Shown here: in pieces, positions 30,007-38,473 of the stretch
Numbering within the stretch: position 1 is the first letter of the stretch
How the letters are laid out: the number at the start of each line of letters is the position of its first letter
Assembly (NCBI GenBank): GCA_016934535.1
Contig: JAFGSQ010000006.1
Span: forward strand, 2,617 to 66,616
DNA length: 64,000 bases
Source: a candidate division WOR-3 bacterium
GTDB lineage: Bacteria; SDB-A
Direction: 5' to 3'
Notes under the pieces: generated by a model
Told to the model about the DNA's origin: nothing
Seen by the model: only the letters and a program-made list of their open reading frames with translations
Databases searched by the model: none
Program-made: the position numbers and the translations under genes

Positions 30007-30660
30007 GTGCTTTGGAGAGACAGCCCTCCATATATCGGCCACGGGCTGACAACCAGCAAAATAAAATATACGGCTGTATTGATAGCCTTTCTCACAGTTA
30101 TATTTGATTTTTATTTATCCGGCCACGGTATTTATAATGATGCACCGAGAAAAATCCTCGCTATAGGTTCGCTGATATTAATTTTGGTCTTGTCGAAAGG
30201 AAATTTACCGTCCAACGGCTTTTCAATAAATTTTTATCCCTGTAAAAAATTTTGGTTGATCACTTCTCTCGTAGCTTTTTTTGTCACCGTTTTTTTTCTT
30301 TCAATTTACGGATCTTACCTGTTTTTTTCAGGAAGACAAAATACGGCGACAATTCCTAAAGAATTCCTTTTCAGACAGTTGAAATATTTCGCCTTTGAAA
30401 TCCCTTTAATAGAAGAAACAATATACCGCGTCGTGTTGTGCGCTTCTCTCCGTTCTGTCGCGGGTTATAAAACGACAATTTTCATTTCGGGTACTCTTTT
30501 CGCCTTTTTACATTTCATATACGGAAACCCCGCAATTGACAATATTCTTGGGGGATATTTTCTTTCATGGGCTTTTTTGACAGGTAAATCTATTATTATT
30601 CCTGTTGTTTTCCACTCCGCCGGCAATGCCCTGTTTGTCATATTTGGTTTGTTTTTCTAA
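30007..30660 (+). CDS. CPBP-family (CAAX protease / Abi) intramembrane metalloprotease
   Basis: Motifs EETIYR (motif 1, EExxxR), FAFLHF (FxxxH) and HSAGN (HxxxN) in a polytopic membrane protein. Begins 3 nt after the arsC stop. Confidence 0.7.
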   Translation: MLWRDSPPYIGHGLTTSKIKYTAVLIAFLTVIFDFYLSGHGIYNDAPRKILAIGSLILILVLSKGNLPSNGFSINFYPCKKFWLITSLVAFFVTVFFLSIYGSYLFFSGRQNTATIPKEFLFRQLKYFAFEIPLIEETIYRVVLCASLRSVAGYKTTIFISGTLFAFLHFIYGNPAIDNILGGYFLSWAFLTGKSIIIPVVFHSAGNALFVIFGLFF

Positions 30661-30732
30661 ATTTTTCCTAAAAAAATTGCGCTTTTTACAAATTATTGAT
30701 ATATTTAGATTTAATTTTTACAAGGAGAGATT

Positions 30733-32922
30733 ATGTTTTCCCTATTTTTCCTCCTGTTCTTCTCATTTACAAACCAAATCCAGGAAAGACAGATGCTGGT
30801 CAGAATTTTTGTAGACGACTACAGAATTTTAAGGACTATAGACGAAAAAGGACTCGATATAGCCGGAAGAGAGTACGGCGAATACTGGGACATAGTCGTC
30901 ACGCCGCAAAAATTCAATTCTGTAATCGCGTCCGGTTTGCCGTACGAGATTGTTTCCCAAAACATCGAAGGTTTGAAAGATCAGGTCAGGGGTCAATATC
31001 ACAGCTACGATCAGGTCGTCGCTATTATGCGAAACTACGCTTCGACATATTCGTCTATCTGTAAACTCGATTCGATAGGAAAAAGTTACGAAAACAGATG
31101 GATTTACGCCCTTAAAATATCAGACAATCCTTCGTACGAAGATCCCGACGAACCGGGGATCCTCTTCGACGCGCTCCATCACTCAAGAGAATGGGCGACA
31201 ATTGAGGTCGTTCTTTTCTACGCCGACACCCTCTGCAGGGGATACAACAACGACCCCGTATTGACTTCTCTCATCAACGACAACGAAATATGGCTTATTC
31301 CGATGGTCAACGTCGACGGTTATGTCTATGACTACCCCGGTCAGGAATGGTGGAGAAAGACGAGAAAACCTTTCGGCGGATCAACCGGAACAGACCCGAA
31401 CAGAAACTATCAAGGTTGTTTCATGGGCGATCCCTTCGGCGACTGGGGAGCCATACCTCCGGACGCTTCGATGTCCCATTACCCCAGCCAGGAGACTTTC
31501 TGCGGAGCATACAGCGGATGGTCTGAAGAAATTTCAGCAATGGTAAATTTTCACAAAACTCACGAAATAAACGCGAACATAACTTACCACAGCTACGCCC
31601 AGGAAATCCTGTGGCCATGGGGACACACGAGCACCGTGCTTCCTCCCGACAACACGGCAATCGTAAATATAGCCAACCAGATGGCTTCAAGAATTCAAAA
31701 GGTCAACGGAGGAAATTACGTAGCCTCATCGAGTCTTTATCCTACTTCGGGCTCTACAGATGATTTCGTTTACGGATATCATTACTTCATCCATGGTTTT
31801 CCCTGTTTTTCCTACACAATTGAAGTCGGAACTGCATTCTACCAGAACGTCAACAATCTCGATCAGATAGCCCACGAAAACTGGGAAGGAGCGCTTTATT
31901 TCGCCCAACAGGCGGCGACCATACGGCAGAATTATCCATCGAGAGTTCCGTCTTCTGATATATCTGCTCCCGACACAGCAGTTTCAAATTCCTGCCTCAT
32001 AACATGGGCTCCTGTCTTCGCCACTTATAACACTCCCGATCTATGGCAGTTGGACAGGCTTTCAGGCTATTCGTTTACATCTGACGGTATTGAATCCGGA
32101 ACCGCGAACTGGATTCTCTCGGGTTTCACTCAGAGCACTGCTAGAAAACACGCTGGAACCTACAGTCTTTATTCAGGTTCACAGAACAACATCGCCAACA
32201 CCGCACAGACGAGATATCCATACATCGTCCAGCCCAACGACACTTTCTCGTTCTGGTGCTGGAACTACTCCGAGAACAATTATGACGTCACTATTGTGGA
32301 AATCTCGGAAGACGGACTGGCCTGGAATCAGCTCGACACGAGGTACACAGGAAGCCAGCAGACCTGGACTCAGAAAAAATACTCCCTTGCCCCGTGGCAG
32401 GGAAAAGCAGTTTACTTCAGGTTCAGAACCATAACTGACGACGGAACACTGAACGAGAATTTCTATGTTGATGACATATCGCCTGTCGCTCATTTCAATC
32501 AAATCGAGGTTCTGGACAGCATAATCTGTGACACTTTTTATACGGCGACAAGCCTTCCTCTAGGTGAAAGTTATTTCCGAGTCCGCGGCCACAATACGAG
32601 AGGCTGGGGCAATTATTCCAACACGGGTAAAACGATCATCGTTCAGGGAAACTCTGTGGAAGAACCGGTCCAGGTTTTTGCCGGAAATATTTCCGTATTC
32701 AACAATTCCAAAAACATCGAGATAAGATACAGTTTACCCTCCGGTCAGGATATGAGCGTGAACATTTTCGACGTAACGGGAAGACAGGTAGGCAATTACA
32801 GATATCAGAACCTTTCCGGCGACGACAGAATTCAGATATCACCCGCGTCGGAAGGCGTTTTATTCGTTCACGTCAATTCAGGTGAAATAAACATTACAGA
32901 GAAAGTGCTTATAATAAGATAA
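30733..32922 (+). CDS. Secreted M14-family zinc carboxypeptidase with T9SS C-terminal sorting domain
   Basis: Signal peptide. M14 motifs HSREW, NVDGYVY and HSYAQ. The C-terminus IFDVTGRQV...GVLFVHVNSGEINITEKVLIIR is a T9SS CTD. Confidence 0.8.
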   Translation: MFSLFFLLFFSFTNQIQERQMLVRIFVDDYRILRTIDEKGLDIAGREYGEYWDIVVTPQKFNSVIASGLPYEIVSQNIEGLKDQVRGQYHSYDQVVAIMRNYASTYSSICKLDSIGKSYENRWIYALKISDNPSYEDPDEPGILFDALHHSREWATIEVVLFYADTLCRGYNNDPVLTSLINDNEIWLIPMVNVDGYVYDYPGQEWWRKTRKPFGGSTGTDPNRNYQGCFMGDPFGDWGAIPPDASMSHYPSQETFCGAYSGWSEEISAMVNFHKTHEINANITYHSYAQEILWPWGHTSTVLPPDNTAIVNIANQMASRIQKVNGGNYVASSSLYPTSGSTDDFVYGYHYFIHGFPCFSYTIEVGTAFYQNVNNLDQIAHENWEGALYFAQQAATIRQNYPSRVPSSDISAPDTAVSNSCLITWAPVFATYNTPDLWQLDRLSGYSFTSDGIESGTANWILSGFTQSTARKHAGTYSLYSGSQNNIANTAQTRYPYIVQPNDTFSFWCWNYSENNYDVTIVEISEDGLAWNQLDTRYTGSQQTWTQKKYSLAPWQGKAVYFRFRTITDDGTLNENFYVDDISPVAHFNQIEVLDSIICDTFYTATSLPLGESYFRVRGHNTRGWGNYSNTGKTIIVQGNSVEEPVQVFAGNISVFNNSKNIEIRYSLPSGQDMSVNIFDVTGRQVGNYRYQNLSGDDRIQISPASEGVLFVHVNSGEINITEKVLIIR

Positions 32923-32944
32923 TAATCTTTTTATAAACAATAAA

Positions 32945-32976
32945 GGGCTGTTTTTTATGCGACAGCCCTTTTTATT
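32945..32976 (+). terminator. Rho-independent terminator after the M14 gene, potentially bidirectional
   Basis: Stem GGGCTGT/ACAGCCC with a 10-nt loop, followed by TTTTTATT and preceded by an A-run. Confidence 0.6.
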
Positions 32977-33011
32977 ATAATGCTCAAGGTAAAATAATTC
33001 CCAGAGAACTA

Positions 33012-33662
33012 TTAGTCAACACTGATCAAATTATTTTTTATCCATTTGTTAAAATCCGGTTTACCTGCATTAAACAGCAATTCTTTCAAGGAAATTATAC
33101 TTAAGAACAGCCTGAAGACATGAGCGTAGTTCTTGTAACTGCCTCTGTCCGGATTGTCTACAATTTCAATTATCTCATTTTTTGACAAAAACAATCCGTC
33201 CGACCTCAGCTGATCAGCGGCGAAGATTGCAAATCCTTCAAAAAACCAGACAGGACCCATGGCGTCTTCGTCTCCGTTGAGAATCCTTATATGCAATCTG
33301 TGCGCGATTTCATGAGCCAGAAGTTTTTCGTAACTCGAGTCTTCTATACCTTCGGGATAAACCACGGCATAAAATTCAGGAGTCATTGCCGTCAAAACAC
33401 CTTTCTCAAGAGCTGCGCAATACGTGTCGGGTAATTCGAATTCCGGTACTATCTCCGCCAATGAGGCAAGTTCAGAATTGAACTTTTTCTTGTCGTTAAA
33501 AATTCGGACTTCATTCATGAAAGGTTTTTGGGCATGCTCTTCCCAGCCGAATTTTTTCGCAAAAGCACTTACTCTTTTCCGGGCGTTGTCTATATAACCT
33601 TCAAATTCAATTCTTCTGTTTTCCAAAGATTCCGGTAAAACAAGATTAATGCAATCTTTCAT
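33012..33662 (-). CDS. Hypothetical zinc-metallopeptidase-like protein (HExxH motif)
   Basis: LLAHEIAHRLH motif in a 216-aa soluble protein. Overlaps the upstream GNAT gene by 4 nt. Confidence 0.4.
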   Translation of the reverse strand: MKDCINLVLPESLENRRIEFEGYIDNARKRVSAFAKKFGWEEHAQKPFMNEVRIFNDKKKFNSELASLAEIVPEFELPDTYCAALEKGVLTAMTPEFYAVVYPEGIEDSSYEKLLAHEIAHRLHIRILNGDEDAMGPVWFFEGFAIFAADQLRSDGLFLSKNEIIEIVDNPDRGSYKNYAHVFRLFLSIISLKELLFNAGKPDFNKWIKNNLISVD

Positions 33663-34462
33663 CCGAAATTTCCTCCGATTCTTCCGTAAAGTTTATCGGG
33701 TTGCCAGGGAAATTCTTTTCCAAGAATCATTCTTTTCGCCCGTTTTTTTTCTGCACACCCAATGGACTTAAGGAATTTAATCCCTTCAAGATTATCAGCG
33801 GGTAAGACCGCTTTATTTTTCATTGTCTGCTTTTTTTTCATCAATTCTATGCCTGCTTCAGCATTTTCAGCAACGACAAGACCTTCTCCCATTTTAGGAA
33901 GAAAAAAACCCTGAATTCTTGCATTTTTTTTATAAACAAATCCGTCGTTAATTTTATCGGAAAGAATGCAGTTTCTTTTCTCTCCCGAGACTTTTTCATC
34001 CATTTTCATCACAAGTAAAACATTTTCCGGCGTCAAGGGTTCGATGTGTTTCGCTCTAATATCTTCTTCATTTTCCAAATCAAAAAATACATATTCAGTC
34101 TGAATTCTGAATCCTGCTTTTTCGTACACCGGGCAACCAAGTTCCGTCGCTATGAGAGAGACTGTCTCGCATTTCGAAGTGTTTGTAATCTCCAGTAATT
34201 TTCTGACAATCTCTTTACCGAGTCCTCTGTTCCGGTGGTCCTGTCTTACTATTATATGCGCGAGCCAGGCGGTTTTTCCGAAAACGATAGCAGTTCCGAC
34301 ACCAATTATGTCCTCGCCCATGAAAACCTTTATGGGTGTGCAAAAATGTTTTGAAGCATAATACATAAAAACGGGGACAATATCACCCCACCCTTCCGGC
34401 TGAAGCTTTTTCAGACTTTCTGCTTCTTTATCCGACAATCTTTCTATAATATTAAAATTCAT
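33659..34462 (-). CDS. GNAT-family N-acetyltransferase with C-terminal YitH-like domain
   Basis: Acetyl-CoA binding motif QDHRNRGLGKEIV (R/QxxGxG/A). Total 267 aa with a C-terminal extension. Confidence 0.7.
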   Translation of the reverse strand: MNFNIIERLSDKEAESLKKLQPEGWGDIVPVFMYYASKHFCTPIKVFMGEDIIGVGTAIVFGKTAWLAHIIVRQDHRNRGLGKEIVRKLLEITNTSKCETVSLIATELGCPVYEKAGFRIQTEYVFFDLENEEDIRAKHIEPLTPENVLLVMKMDEKVSGEKRNCILSDKINDGFVYKKNARIQGFFLPKMGEGLVVAENAEAGIELMKKKQTMKNKAVLPADNLEGIKFLKSIGCAEKKRAKRMILGKEFPWQPDKLYGRIGGNFG

Positions 34463-34991
34463 ATAAAAATTTATTCAAAACAACTTTATTTTTAGAATCG
34501 AATTCAATGCCTTCCATTTCGAGAAGCCTTCGTTTCATGTCTGAGCCTCCCTGAAATCCTCCCAATGACCCGTCAGACCTCACTGTTCTGTGGCAGGGAA
34601 TCAACAGTGGAAAAGGATTTTTGGACAAAGCATTTCCAACAGACCTCGCGCCGTTTTTCAAACCGAGGTATTCGGAGATTATTTTATATGTCGTAACAAA
34701 ACCTCTCGGAGTTTTACTTTCCGCCGCAAGCACCTTATTTTGAAATTCCGAGCAGACACTAAAATCGAGCAAATCAAGGTTGAATGTAACTTCCCATCCC
34801 TTTAGAAAAGCCTGGATTTTGTAAGCGGTATCATCAATCTGGTCGCAGCTTTTTTTCTCGCAATCCGCTCTTTTTAATGTTCCTCCGTCCTTTAATGAAA
34901 AACCTGTTATCAGGGAGTTTTTCTCATATAGACGCCAAAAAATAACTGTTTTACCGAAAACAGTAATATTATCCAAAAAGTAACAGTCCAT
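34452..34991 (-). CDS. ogt: Methylated-DNA-protein-cysteine S-methyltransferase (O6-alkylguanine-DNA alkyltransferase)
   Basis: Active-site IPCHRTV motif (PCHR) and the helix-turn-helix DNA-binding region before it; 179 aa. Confidence 0.85.
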   Translation of the reverse strand: MDCYFLDNITVFGKTVIFWRLYEKNSLITGFSLKDGGTLKRADCEKKSCDQIDDTAYKIQAFLKGWEVTFNLDLLDFSVCSEFQNKVLAAESKTPRGFVTTYKIISEYLGLKNGARSVGNALSKNPFPLLIPCHRTVRSDGSLGGFQGGSDMKRRLLEMEGIEFDSKNKVVLNKFLYEF

Positions 34992-35016
34992 TTATCTCGC
35001 CGTTTGAAGAATATTT

Positions 35017-35961
35017 TTATATCAGATGATTCTCTTTTCCCGACTTCGTCAGGCAAAGACCTGTCAAATCTTTTATGTCGGCTTCTCCCACGCACATCAC
35101 CGTGTCTGCGCCGCCCCAATAGATTTTCACGGTTTTGTCCGGTTCAGGTACCGCCCCGCAAGTAAATACGACATTGTGTACATAACCTGTAATTTCCCAG
35201 GGATCCTGCGGTTGTAAAATCCAGTCATCTGATATGCCGAGGATTTTTGAGGGATCTTTTATATCGTGGAGAGCTGCTCCAAGTCTGTATACGGCTCCGT
35301 CCATAGTTTTAAAAACTCCGTGATAGATATTTAACCAGCCTTCATCTGTCTTAATAGGTGTCGCCCCGGGACCTATTTTCATCTCGTCCCATCTGTACTG
35401 TCCGGGTTTCATTATTACTTTTGAATCACCCCAATAGATCAGGTCGGGAGAATATGAAATCCAGATAGACCAGGGTGAAATTTCAGAATGAGGCCTGTCG
35501 AGTCTCGCGTATCTTCCGTCAATTTTCTCCGGAAAAATTACGACATTCCTGCTGTCAGCCACGGTGATTAAAGCGATTCGTTCAATGTTAAAAAAATCCT
35601 CGGTTTTGGCCAAGGCGGTTCTTACTCCGTGTCTGGAATAAGCGCTGTAAGTTAAAAGAAATTCCCCCTCGATTTCACAGATTCTGCAGTCTTCAACTCC
35701 GTATTCTTCGTATTCTGCAAAAACACCTTTTTCGGCGGGGACAATAAAAGGTTTTTCCCTGACTATAAAATTATATCCGTCTTCGCTTTCGGCTATACCG
35801 ATTATGGATCTGCCGTTTCTTTTGTGTGAACGAAAAAGCATGACATATTTTCCGGCGTGTTTTACTGCACCGGCGTTGTGGACGGTTTCAACCTGATACG
35901 GGACGTCATCCTTCGTCAGTATCGGATTTTGTTTGTATCTGCGGACAATTTCTTTTTTCAC
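35017..35961 (-). CDS. Glycoside hydrolase family 130 (beta-mannoside phosphorylase/hydrolase-like)
   Basis: 314 aa beginning NPILTKDDVPY, typical of the GH130 N-terminus. Beta-propeller-like repeats with conserved Asp/Glu (YSPDLIYWGD, DEGWLNIYHG). Confidence 0.6.
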   Translation of the reverse strand: MKKEIVRRYKQNPILTKDDVPYQVETVHNAGAVKHAGKYVMLFRSHKRNGRSIIGIAESEDGYNFIVREKPFIVPAEKGVFAEYEEYGVEDCRICEIEGEFLLTYSAYSRHGVRTALAKTEDFFNIERIALITVADSRNVVIFPEKIDGRYARLDRPHSEISPWSIWISYSPDLIYWGDSKVIMKPGQYRWDEMKIGPGATPIKTDEGWLNIYHGVFKTMDGAVYRLGAALHDIKDPSKILGISDDWILQPQDPWEITGYVHNVVFTCGAVPEPDKTVKIYWGGADTVMCVGEADIKDLTGLCLTKSGKENHLI

Positions 35962-36992
35962 CTTTTTAACGCACCTTCAGAATTCAATAATATTTCATTA
36001 TAAACTTCTATATATTCCCGTGCCATTCGTTCTTTTGTAAATTTGTTTTCTATTGTTTTTCTGCAATCACTTCTTTTGATTTCACTTATCTTTTCTACGC
36101 AGTCCGCCGCCTCCTTAACGGATGAAACGAGAAAACCTGATTTTTTATCTTCTATTATTTCCTGCATGCTTCCTTTTTTGAAAGCTATTACCGGAGTCCC
36201 GCAAGCCATAGCCTCAACAACCGAGAGACCAAAAGGTTCTTCAAAATTTATCGGATGTAACAGAGCCTCAGCATTGCCGAGTAATTCGTTCCGTTCCTGG
36301 GGGGCGACACTGCCAAGATAATTTATTTCCCCTGATTTGACAAACGGCTCAATATATTTATGAAAATATTCCTTGTCCTGTACAATTCCAGCCATCAGCA
36401 GTTTTTTCCCTGTCATTCTCGATATCTCCACCGCTTCTTTGGCTCCCTTGTCCGGATGGAATCTTCCGAAAAACAACAGGTAATCCCCTTTTGGATTTTC
36501 TCTGTAAGTGAAATTCTCAAGATCAATTCCATGGTGTATGGTCTTTTCGTAGGACAGCAGAGGAGACCTGTCAGAATCGCTTATAGAGACATAATATGTC
36601 ACCTCATCGTATTTTTTATAAACCTCGATAATTTTTTCAGAAGAAAATCCGTGTATTGTCGTCAAAACAGGAGTCTGGACCAGTTTTGAATATGTCAAAG
36701 GCAAGAAGTCGAAATTATTGTGAATTATGTCGAAATCGGAAGCCTTTTCAAAGCAGTTTGATATGTGCAGGCATTCCCGGACTTTCGGATCTACTTTTTT
36801 GTCCTCTTCATAACCTTTCGGGCAGACGGACAGGAGTTTTGCGCATGTAACTGAATCGCCCGTTGCGAAAAGAGTTACGTCCATTCCCATTCTGACAAGT
36901 TCTTCTGTAAGAAGAGATGTAACCCTTTCCCACGGTCCGTAATGCCTTGGCGGTGTACGCCAGGCTATAGGAGCGAGCATTGCTATTTTCAT
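35958..36992 (-). CDS. Glycosyltransferase family 4 (GT-B fold)
   Basis: 344 aa. The C-terminal EX7E-like region FEEPFGLSVVEAMACGTPVIA is typical of GT4. Confidence 0.75.
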   Translation of the reverse strand: MKIAMLAPIAWRTPPRHYGPWERVTSLLTEELVRMGMDVTLFATGDSVTCAKLLSVCPKGYEEDKKVDPKVRECLHISNCFEKASDFDIIHNNFDFLPLTYSKLVQTPVLTTIHGFSSEKIIEVYKKYDEVTYYVSISDSDRSPLLSYEKTIHHGIDLENFTYRENPKGDYLLFFGRFHPDKGAKEAVEISRMTGKKLLMAGIVQDKEYFHKYIEPFVKSGEINYLGSVAPQERNELLGNAEALLHPINFEEPFGLSVVEAMACGTPVIAFKKGSMQEIIEDKKSGFLVSSVKEAADCVEKISEIKRSDCRKTIENKFTKERMAREYIEVYNEILLNSEGALKR

Positions 36993-37014
36993 TGCATCTG
37001 AGAGCCGGTTTTGG

Positions 37015-38469
37015 TCAGGTCATAGCGTCTAATAAATCTTTTGTATCAACAACGGCAAAACCGGTTGCATAATCCGACATCGCGTAAGGAATTATAAGTT
37101 TATTTTTATGTTTCAAAGCTCCGCAGGTGTAAACAACATTCGGAACGTAACCTTCCCTTTCATTTTCGTCCGGTTCAATCAAAGGTTTTTTAAGGCGTCC
37201 GATGACTTTTGAAGGATCGTCCCTGTCGAGGAGAAAAGCACCAATACAGTATTTTCTCATCGGCCCGACTCCGTGGCTCAGGACAATCCATCCTTCATCG
37301 GTTTCTATCGGAGAACCGCAGTTTCCGATCTGGACAAATTCCCATGTAAAAGTAGGGCGGATAATTATTTGGGGTTCAAACCAGAAATGAATATTTTCAG
37401 AATACATAATGAACAAATTTTCGTTGTCCTGTCTCGAAAGCATCGTGTATAAACCGTTGATTTTCTTCGGAAAAAGAGCAAGCCCCTTGTTTTTTGCCGC
37501 TGGTCCGTTCAGAGTGATGAACGTAAAAGAAACAAAATCTTTTGTCTCAATCATTTGGGGGAGAATCGTTTTACCGTCAAACGCTGTATATGTCGCATAA
37601 TAAAGGCGGGTCCCGTTTTCTTCTGAAAACAATACAAATCTTGCATCTTCAATCCCGTTGCGATGACTGGGAGCGAAAGGAAAGATCGCTTTTTCTGAGG
37701 TTTTTTGATCAATTCCAAAAGTGACTTCATAATTTGAATAAGCGAGCACAAGAATGTTCTGAGCGGTTAATTCTATATCTCCTCCGGAGTGTTGAAATCT
37801 ATTTTTAGTTCGGTTAATATTTTCCTTTAATTCCGACAAAGTAAAATTTTCCGGAAGCAGTGATAAAACATTTTTGCTGAATTCGTTTTGAAAATTCAGT
37901 TCAGTTAATTTCCTCGAAAAAAGGTTTTTCTCATATATTTGATTCGGTTTCATGACCGGTTGAGTTACAAAAGGAGTCGGCTGTTTGATCTCAATCTGAA
38001 AATCATCCGATATCGTTCCTTCTCTGAATACTATCGACGAAATGTGTCCTTCTCCTGTAGCTCTCAGACTTAATATGAATTTAATTGAACCTTCGGGGAG
38101 ACCGGATTGATCGGGGTGCGGAACAATGCACGGATTGAAAAGGGCGGCTGATTCGAGAGAATATTCCTGCGTGAAATACGCTCCGATTAGAAGTTTTCTC
38201 TCGTCAGAAAGTGCATTGTCCGTTATCGTCCAGCGCCGAACATTTTCAAAATTTCTCAATAATACTTTTTTTATATCCTGGTGACGGGTTTTAAAATCCG
38301 TCATAACTTTTTCCAGCACCTCTTTTGTCTGTTTTTCGCTAAGGCTCATAACCCTTCCGATAATCTTTTCTCTTCTGCTTTCATCTTCCGGGATAAACTC
38401 TCTTATTAGAACTCTTTCGTGAGAGGGTTTTAATATTATGTTCTTTTTTTCAAGATGCAAATTTTTCAC
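37015..38469 (-). CDS. GH130-family glycoside phosphorylase-like protein with N-terminal extension
   Basis: 484 aa. The C-terminal two-thirds show GH130-like motifs (YTCGA, DPSKV, ETDEGW) parallel to those in 35017..35961. Confidence 0.55.
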   Translation of the reverse strand: MKNLHLEKKNIILKPSHERVLIREFIPEDESRREKIIGRVMSLSEKQTKEVLEKVMTDFKTRHQDIKKVLLRNFENVRRWTITDNALSDERKLLIGAYFTQEYSLESAALFNPCIVPHPDQSGLPEGSIKFILSLRATGEGHISSIVFREGTISDDFQIEIKQPTPFVTQPVMKPNQIYEKNLFSRKLTELNFQNEFSKNVLSLLPENFTLSELKENINRTKNRFQHSGGDIELTAQNILVLAYSNYEVTFGIDQKTSEKAIFPFAPSHRNGIEDARFVLFSEENGTRLYYATYTAFDGKTILPQMIETKDFVSFTFITLNGPAAKNKGLALFPKKINGLYTMLSRQDNENLFIMYSENIHFWFEPQIIIRPTFTWEFVQIGNCGSPIETDEGWIVLSHGVGPMRKYCIGAFLLDRDDPSKVIGRLKKPLIEPDENEREGYVPNVVYTCGALKHKNKLIIPYAMSDYATGFAVVDTKDLLDAMT

Positions 38470-38473
38470 TATT

